64,000 bases of DNA from Candidatus Rifleibacterium amylolyticum. Its GTDB lineage: Bacteria > Muiribacteriota > Ozemobacteria > Ozemobacterales > Ozemobacteraceae. The notes beneath the pieces are model-generated. The model was not told the DNA's origin and searched no databases. It worked only from the letters and a program-made list of their open reading frames with translations. The translations under genes and the position numbers were made by a program. The DNA is taken from positions 211,321 through 275,320 of the forward strand of contig JAACJG010000004.1 of assembly GCA_009917695.1 (NCBI GenBank). The letters are read 5' to 3'. Below are positions 57,890 through 64,000 of this stretch, piece after piece. The first letter of the stretch is position 1; every line of letters starts with the position of its first letter.

Positions 57890-58627
57890 TTACCTTGCTG
57901 ATATAATAGTCATCGGCTGGCTGGCAATGCACTTGTTGCCGGTGCCGGAAGCCAGGTCGAGAATGCCATCGCCGTTGTCCACCCAGAAAGTGTCACTACC
58001 GGGGCCGAATACATCTTTTGCGCCGGTTGCGACAGGAATAATAATCAAATTACCGGAACTGTCAAGTTTCAATTCTGTCCAAGCTACTGCCGTGGCAATA
58101 TCATACTGACTCGACCAGCCAAAAAAGGTGTGGGCGTTGGCCAGATCATCTACAGCGTCACTGTTGGAGGCTATTTTGCGAGAAAAATACAATTGCAGAT
58201 AGTCGGGAATATTTTGCGTATCGACTGCTCCTGACTGATTGGCGTCGACCCATTTTACGCTGACAAGTGCCAGTGGCGGCTGGTAATTGGTGACTATATC
58301 GTCAGCGGTGAAATCAAGGCGGTCTGGGCCGGCTGAAAAAACGATGCCGGTGCCCGTTGCCACCACAAAGGGCTTGCCCCATGGGTCGATCGGTGAGGCG
58401 TTGAGATAACGCCCGGTCAGCAGGCTGACGTCTTCGGAATTATAGGCGCCTTCGCGAGTTTCGTAGATCGCCAGAGCTCTTCTGATTTCTTCAAGGTCAG
58501 ATTTGGCTTTGCTGATGCGGCTTTCCGCAACGTATCCCTGCACGTAGGGCAGGGCGGCGCCGACAAGGATGGCGATAATAGTTATCACCACCAGCAATTC
58601 AATCAGTGTAAAGCCCTTTTTACGCAT
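57890..58627 (-). CDS. GspG-like prepilin (member 2)
   Basis: MRKKG|FTLIELL, DPWGKPF, WVDANQSGAVD. Confidence 0.9.
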   Translation of the reverse strand: MRKKGFTLIELLVVITIIAILVGAALPYVQGYVAESRISKAKSDLEEIRRALAIYETREGAYNSEDVSLLTGRYLNASPIDPWGKPFVVATGTGIVFSAGPDRLDFTADDIVTNYQPPLALVSVKWVDANQSGAVDTQNIPDYLQLYFSRKIASNSDAVDDLANAHTFFGWSSQYDIATAVAWTELKLDSSGNLIIIPVATGAKDVFGPGSDTFWVDNGDGILDLASGTGNKCIASQPMTIISAR

Positions 58628-58929
58628 CTTTTTTAACTTCCTTGTTGTAAGCGCAGCTTCCTAATACTATTATCACAGTTTTTCAAAATCCTATAAAAAA
58701 TCTTTCGTTCAAGATAAATAAATATTTCTTTATTTTATTACGCAAAAGCCGTACCTGGTATTATTGGTGTCGAAGGGAAGCGTCGCAACACGCCCCTACG
58801 ATTCATGACAATGAAAACGGATTGGTGGAGGGGGGCAATGACATAGTAATCGCGAGGTTTTTTTGCCTCAATTGGGAAAATTTCCCTGTAAAAATAGATA
58901 AAGTTTTATTGTTCTGAGGAAATTTTGGC

Positions 58930-59727
58930 TCAGCGCTTTTTCTTTTCAATTATGACACCTTCCTGGCGCTGTAATGGCTGAGGTTTCGGCGAAAGATCCA
59001 CTATGCTTTCGATATATTCTCGTGGATATAGTCGGGTTTCGCCGGGTACCAGGGTTGGACCATCGGGAGGCGCGAATTCGATTTTCAGGTTGAATGGGGT
59101 GTCGCCGGCCTGTATTTTCGCTGAGCCCAGCGCTTTGACCGGGTTTGTCGTTTCAAAGTCAATCACGACAGGGTTGATCAGTTGCGCTGGCCGCGACAGT
59201 CGTACGTCGATGTAGTCGCCAAAGTCCAGCAGATTGTTGAGGTTGGTATCTACATGTTCTGCCCGTGTTATGAAGAATGCCGCCGGCATGTAAGATAAAA
59301 CGACGTCGTCAGTCCAGGTTGCAACAGTAGTAACCTGAGCAACTCCATCCGGTCCAGTGGAAAAAACTATGCCGGTATTGGCGTCATGCCGGTAATAGTT
59401 TCCCCAGGGGTCGCGTGGTGGTTCTTTCTCGAGATAGTTCCCGACGAAAGTGCCAAGCAGTTGCGGTGAAAAGGTAGCTATTTCAAAAGTTCGATTCTCT
59501 TTGATGTTGAACAGTCTTATCGATTTGATCAACTCTTCGATATCGGCTCGGGCCCGCCCGATGCGTGCTGCTTCGATATGCCGCGTGTATTCTTTGATTG
59601 CGAAGATCATCAACGTCGAAATGATCAGAAGCGAGACCAGCAGTTCTATCAGTGTGAAGCCGGCAGATCGGCTAGTTTCCGCTCTGCAACTATGTCTGCT
59701 GACTTTTATTGAGATTTCATCCATCAT
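58930..59727 (-). CDS. GspG-like prepilin (member 1, longer leader)
   Basis: SAG|FTLIELL, DPWGNYY, HVDTNLNNLLDFGDYIDVRL. Confidence 0.88.
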   Translation of the reverse strand: MMDEISIKVSRHSCRAETSRSAGFTLIELLVSLLIISTLMIFAIKEYTRHIEAARIGRARADIEELIKSIRLFNIKENRTFEIATFSPQLLGTFVGNYLEKEPPRDPWGNYYRHDANTGIVFSTGPDGVAQVTTVATWTDDVVLSYMPAAFFITRAEHVDTNLNNLLDFGDYIDVRLSRPAQLINPVVIDFETTNPVKALGSAKIQAGDTPFNLKIEFAPPDGPTLVPGETRLYPREYIESIVDLSPKPQPLQRQEGVIIEKKKR

Positions 59728-59815
59728 GCTGGTTATTCTCTAGATTGTATCACACTGCTTGTGAGATTGCTTCGTCGGCCTATGGCCTCCTCGCAATGAC
59801 ATTGAGCAGGCCTTG

Positions 59816-61729
59816 TCAGTTGCTGGCACTGTAGTATTCGCCTTCAGCCGTATCGTCAACGTTAACCAGTCGTGGAGTTACCAGCATGATCATCTCGCGC
59901 TCTTCTTCTGATGATTTGGTGTTGGTAAGCAGCGTGCGCAACATCGGAATCTTGTTGAGCAGGGCGGGAGAATTCTTGATATTGCGGTTGGTGTGACTGA
60001 TCAGACCGCCAAGCACGATTGTCTCGCCATCCTTGATGCGGACATAGGTCTTGGTCGATTTGGTAGCGAAGCGATACTGGCCGTCTTCGTTCGGTTCGCC
60101 ATCGATGTCGGTGATCTCGGTGACGAGGTCCAGGCTGATTTCATTGTCACGACTGATTTCGGGCGTGACGTTGAGTTCGATGCCGACTTCTACATCCTTG
60201 TAGCGCTTGAGCGACTGGGTGGTGGTAGTATAAACCGCGTAGGGACTTGAAGCGGTGGTTGCGTAATCGTAATATGGTACCGGAATAGTGCGGCCGATGA
60301 ATATGCGGGCCGGTTTTTTGTGGACGGCGCGAATCTTTGGACTGGCAAGCACTTTGGCACCTTCAGTTTCTTCAAGGAAGCTGAGGCGGGCGGGAAGGGC
60401 GTAGCTGGTCGGCAGTCGGCCGATGTCGGCAACGTCTATTGCATAGTTGGCTTTGCCGAGGCTGTCGACCTGCTTGATACCAAGATCTTTCAGGCTGCTG
60501 CGGTTGATTTCGACGAGCTTAACCTCGATGACCGCCTGTTTAACCTTCTCATCGATACTGTCGATGATTTTGGCAATCAAGTTGAGGTTTTCGGCGGTGT
60601 CATATACTGACAAGGTATTGATGCGTTCATTGATCGAGAAATTCTCGGTGTTAATTTTTTCACTGAGCGATTTGCTGCTTTTAATAAGGTTTGCTACCTC
60701 ATCTGGCGCGGCGTTGACCAGCTTGAACGTGCGGAACTGCTTGTTGCCAAAGTCGCTTGCGCTCTCGCGTGCCAAAATCACAAATGTGTTGTCATTGTGT
60801 GGTTTTTTCACAAGATCATTTGTTTGAATCAGAAGATCGAGCAGCTCATCGAGGTTGAGGTTCTCGACATAGAAGTTAACTTTTTTGTCTTCAACACTGT
60901 CATGAATGATCAGGTTGACATTCATCATCTTAGACAGCGTCTGTAGAGCATCTTTGAGGCTCAGGTCGCGGAACAACAGTTCACGGGCCATTCTGCTGCT
61001 GTCGGTACCGAGAGAGATGACAGTAAGATCTCTACCCTTGAGAGTATATTGGAAGTTTCTTTGAAGAAGAAGATTCTTGAGCACTTCGCGCAGTGTGACG
61101 TCCTGAGCATGTACACTGAACTTGCCAGTTACACCGGCATCAGCAAACACCCTGAGATTGAACTTTACAGCCAGAGCATTGAGGATCGTCATCAGGTCTT
61201 CCTGGTCGAAGCTCAGGCTGATGCGAGAATCGAGTGCGGTTTTCGATTCGTAATCAGTGGTGGCGCCAGTTATGCCGGCAGTGCTCTCACTGTATAGATG
61301 ACTGGTCTGCCCGCTCGGCCGGGCTGGGCGTATGGCTTCCAGAACCAGGCTTTTGCCGACACGCGCCGGTTTGATTCTGGTGGGTTCGTTAAGAACGATA
61401 ATGGCCCTGACCACGTCAGGGCTGCTGCTTACCTGGCTTATGCGCATAAATTTAACCAGCGGATGAGGAGCGGGGATGATAGTGCTGGTGCCGGAATATT
61501 CCCAGTCGTAATAATCGACCCGGATAACCTGTGGTGTTTCGACTTCGAAACCAAATTCTTTTGTCTCGTGGTCAGGAAACAGCACGATTGCGTTTGCTCC
61601 CTGTGTGCCGAGTCTGAGCTCAGAAAGTTTTTCCGAGGCAAAACCCGGCGTACATAAAGCTGTGACCAGCAGCAATACCAGCGCCATTTTTGCGCTGAAT
61701 GCAGCTGCGCGTGCAGTTTTAAACTTCAT
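59816..61729 (-). CDS. Secretin (PilQ/GspD family) with AMIN-like and N0/STN-like domains
   Basis: IEVKLVEI, AKVLASPKI, VGIELNVTPEI, GETIVLGGLI, MLVTPRLV; AAGGAG before ATG 61729. Confidence 0.93.
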   Translation of the reverse strand: MKFKTARAAAFSAKMALVLLLVTALCTPGFASEKLSELRLGTQGANAIVLFPDHETKEFGFEVETPQVIRVDYYDWEYSGTSTIIPAPHPLVKFMRISQVSSSPDVVRAIIVLNEPTRIKPARVGKSLVLEAIRPARPSGQTSHLYSESTAGITGATTDYESKTALDSRISLSFDQEDLMTILNALAVKFNLRVFADAGVTGKFSVHAQDVTLREVLKNLLLQRNFQYTLKGRDLTVISLGTDSSRMARELLFRDLSLKDALQTLSKMMNVNLIIHDSVEDKKVNFYVENLNLDELLDLLIQTNDLVKKPHNDNTFVILARESASDFGNKQFRTFKLVNAAPDEVANLIKSSKSLSEKINTENFSINERINTLSVYDTAENLNLIAKIIDSIDEKVKQAVIEVKLVEINRSSLKDLGIKQVDSLGKANYAIDVADIGRLPTSYALPARLSFLEETEGAKVLASPKIRAVHKKPARIFIGRTIPVPYYDYATTASSPYAVYTTTTQSLKRYKDVEVGIELNVTPEISRDNEISLDLVTEITDIDGEPNEDGQYRFATKSTKTYVRIKDGETIVLGGLISHTNRNIKNSPALLNKIPMLRTLLTNTKSSEEEREMIMLVTPRLVNVDDTAEGEYYSASN

Positions 61730-61844
61730 AAACCGCTCCTTCAATTTATGCTTGATCAGGAAAGAACATCCCCACTATCAATGTCGGCACTTTGCATCGC
61801 AAAGTTTAGTTTCCTCTCAAAAATACATGAAAGATAAGAAGATT

Positions 61845-62330
61845 TCGCACAAAGACACAAAGGCGCTAAGAAGAGAAGTCAGAAGAGTTATCCGCAGATT
61901 ACACCGATGGCACAGATTATTTTAGGGTAAGCAGGCCGTGGTTTGCCATGCTTGAGGCGCTAAGAGAGTTTGAGGTTCTTTGAGTTGGCAAAAGATCTCA
62001 CGCAGAGACGCTGCGGCGCGGAGAAGAAAAGTCAGAAGAGTTATCCGCAGATTACACAGATGGCACAGATTTTTTTTGAGAGTTAGCAGGCCTTAGTTTT
62101 TGTTTGTTGTTCAGAGGGATCCTGTGACTTCGCGCAGTTACGGTAAAGATGAATGGAACAATGTCATTCTGCGCGTAGCAACGCGAAGTCGCAGAATCCA
62201 TGCTTCTTGCCGCTCAATGAGATCCTGCGACTTCGCGCAGGATGACGGTAAAGGAGGTCTGCTTGAACTTGGCTGCAAATCTGCGGCTGGGGTTTTGGCT
62301 GCTTCTTTGTGGCTCTGAGGCTTTGCGCGC
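61845..62330. repeat. Intergenic REP-like mosaic between the PilC-like and secretin genes
   Basis: Direct repeat AAGTCAGAAGAGTTATCCGCAGATTACAC.GATGGCACAGATT at ~61876 and ~62029; GTCATTCTGCGCG...AGAATCC / GATCCTGCGACTTCGCGCAGGATGAC pair at 62163-62246. Confidence 0.8.
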
Positions 62331-62336
62331 GTATTC

Positions 62337-63500
62337 TTACATCGCGCCGGGGAGGGCGCCGCCGGCAGTGGAACCACCGGTAACGACGCGGGCCATTCTG
62401 AAGATCGGCAGATACATGGCGAGAACGATGATGCCGACGATGACGCCGATTACCACAATGAAAGCCGGTTCGACCAGGGCGGTGATCTGGTCGATCAAAA
62501 AGTTGATTTCGTCTTCGTAGAACTCGGCGACTTTTTCGAGCATTTCGTCGAGATTACCTGATTCTTCACCGACTTCGATCATCTGTGTCGATAGTTCGGG
62601 CATGATATTGATCTTGGCAAGAGCGCGCGCAATCGGAATACCGCCCTCAACTTCCTTGACTACGTCCTGAAGTGAGTCGCGGATAATGTAGTTCTCAATC
62701 GCTTCATTACTGATTTTCATCGCAGTGATGATGTTGATGCCGGATTCAAAAAGAGTCGCGAGGTTGCGCGAATACAGTGCAACAATATATTTCTGCGAAA
62801 GGGTTCCGAACACGGGTATGCGCAGCCTGATCCAGTCGAAGGCATAGTGCCCGCGCGTGGTCTGGCCGATCTGATACATTACCACGACAAAAGCCAGTCC
62901 GGCCGCGAGAATGTTGAGTACGTTATTGCCGAGAAAGCTTGAGGTGTCAATGACGACCTGAGTTATCCAGGGCAGCTCCTGGCCGAACTGCTGAAACAGG
63001 TTGGCGAACTGCGGTATGACGAAAAGCATCAGAAACAGCACGACACCCAGAGCGACAAAAGATATGATCAGCGGGTAAGTCATGGCGCCGATGACGCGGC
63101 GGCGAATGGCTATCTGACGTTCAAGCAACGCGCTCAGACGTTCAAGAACGTTGTAGAGGCGGCCGGATTCTTCGCCGACCTTGATCAGATTCGAATAAAG
63201 CAGGCCAAAAATGTCTTCGTTGCGCTTAAAGCAGACGTGCAGCGGCATACCGCCTTCTACATCTACTTTGGTGTCCCAGATAACCTTGCGAAAGCGCCAG
63301 GTTTTCATCTGGCGCGACAGGGTGCCCATCGAGCGCAGAACCGAGATACCGGCTCGGGTCAGGGTGGCAAAATACTTGGTGAAAAGCAGCTTTTCGCCAA
63401 GACCGATATGACCATAAAAGGGGTTTACGTAAGAAATAATCGAACGGTTTTCGTCTCCTGGCCCTTCGACTCTTACTTCTTCGTTCTGGTTTTCTGCCAT
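62337..63500 (-). CDS. Type IV pilus/T2SS inner-membrane platform protein (PilC/GspF)
   Basis: GEESGRL, AMTYP, VIPQF, ELPWIT, GEESGNLDEML, LVEP, MYLPIF. Confidence 0.95.
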   Translation of the reverse strand: MAENQNEEVRVEGPGDENRSIISYVNPFYGHIGLGEKLLFTKYFATLTRAGISVLRSMGTLSRQMKTWRFRKVIWDTKVDVEGGMPLHVCFKRNEDIFGLLYSNLIKVGEESGRLYNVLERLSALLERQIAIRRRVIGAMTYPLIISFVALGVVLFLMLFVIPQFANLFQQFGQELPWITQVVIDTSSFLGNNVLNILAAGLAFVVVMYQIGQTTRGHYAFDWIRLRIPVFGTLSQKYIVALYSRNLATLFESGINIITAMKISNEAIENYIIRDSLQDVVKEVEGGIPIARALAKINIMPELSTQMIEVGEESGNLDEMLEKVAEFYEDEINFLIDQITALVEPAFIVVIGVIVGIIVLAMYLPIFRMARVVTGGSTAGGALPGAM

Positions 63501-63515
63501 AATACTAACTCCCCC

Positions 63516-63953
63516 TTACCAGCTCATCTCGGTATTGTAGTGCTTCATTCTGATGTTTTTGATCTGGCGCTTGTTGGTCGCCGGAACATAGTCAATGAGT
63601 TCAGTCAATGTCGCCTGAAAAACCGGGTAGTCATCAGATGGATATTCGATGTCATCAGCCACTTCTACCAGAATTTTGCCGTTTCCGGCCAGCGGTTCGA
63701 GCAGCAGAGAAGTGGGTGGTTGCTGGAGATAAGGCCCCTGTAAAGATTCAAGCGTTGTCGGGTAGGCCATGTGGTCTCTAAAATAGCGAGAAATTGCATC
63801 GCGAACTACCTTCAGGTTGGTTCTGGCGGTTGCGATACGGGCGTCTTCTATATAATCGCCATAATAATTCAAGCCGACCCCGGCGAGGACGGCTATAATC
63901 GCGACCACTATAAGTATTTCCATCAGTGTAAAACCTGATGTTCTGCGGCTCAT
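63516..63953 (-). CDS. Short prepilin/pseudopilin (no C-terminal extension)
   Basis: SG|FTLMEIL, NLKVVRDAISRY..D..AYPTTLESL. Confidence 0.88.
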   Translation of the reverse strand: MSRRTSGFTLMEILIVVAIIAVLAGVGLNYYGDYIEDARIATARTNLKVVRDAISRYFRDHMAYPTTLESLQGPYLQQPPTSLLLEPLAGNGKILVEVADDIEYPSDDYPVFQATLTELIDYVPATNKRQIKNIRMKHYNTEMSW

Positions 63954-64000
63954 TGGCTATTCACTCATCTTTCCTGTTTCACCATCTCGATCGTGCGGGT

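Noticed and set aside
63965-64000. Possible 3' end of an upstream minus-strand gene
   Set aside because: Only about 11 codons are visible; cannot be identified or confirmed

Overview
Bacterial chromosome segment from a diderm anaerobe. The gene style suggests Candidatus Riflebacteria or a similar deep-branching lineage, but that is a guess and cannot be shown from the window. Housekeeping content: cinA(3' end)-thpR, an AsmA-like gene, prmA, a five-tRNA operon (Val, Asp, Phe, Cys, Asp), a siroheme-route heme cluster (hemB-ahbD-ahbA-ahbB-hemL), a Ski2-like helicase-tsaE-tsaB-tsaD-mutL-miaA run, an LptA-like gene and glgP. Highlights: (1) a signalling gene run (11.7-19.8 kb) in which a catalytically dead 5'-nucleotidase and a dead class III cyclase (HAMP/HEAT membrane protein) flank an intact GAF/HD-GYP phosphodiesterase; (2) a secretin/PilC-type locus with seven tandem GspG-like prepilins carrying an extra C-terminal domain, plus an eighth orphan copy; two neighbours are 96% identical in protein yet differ synonymously at about half of the codons compared; (3) a predicted outer-membrane beta-barrel with a CxxCH heme-c motif; (4) an accessory island of TA modules, two Rpn genes (one with an internal SD+ATG) and DUF4926, punctuated by a direct repeat; (5) several families of REP-like palindromes, a dispersed structured repeat, and a structured leader with repeated loop motifs. 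No CRISPR array, integrase or IS transposase was seen. All calls come from motif recognition by eye; no searches were run.
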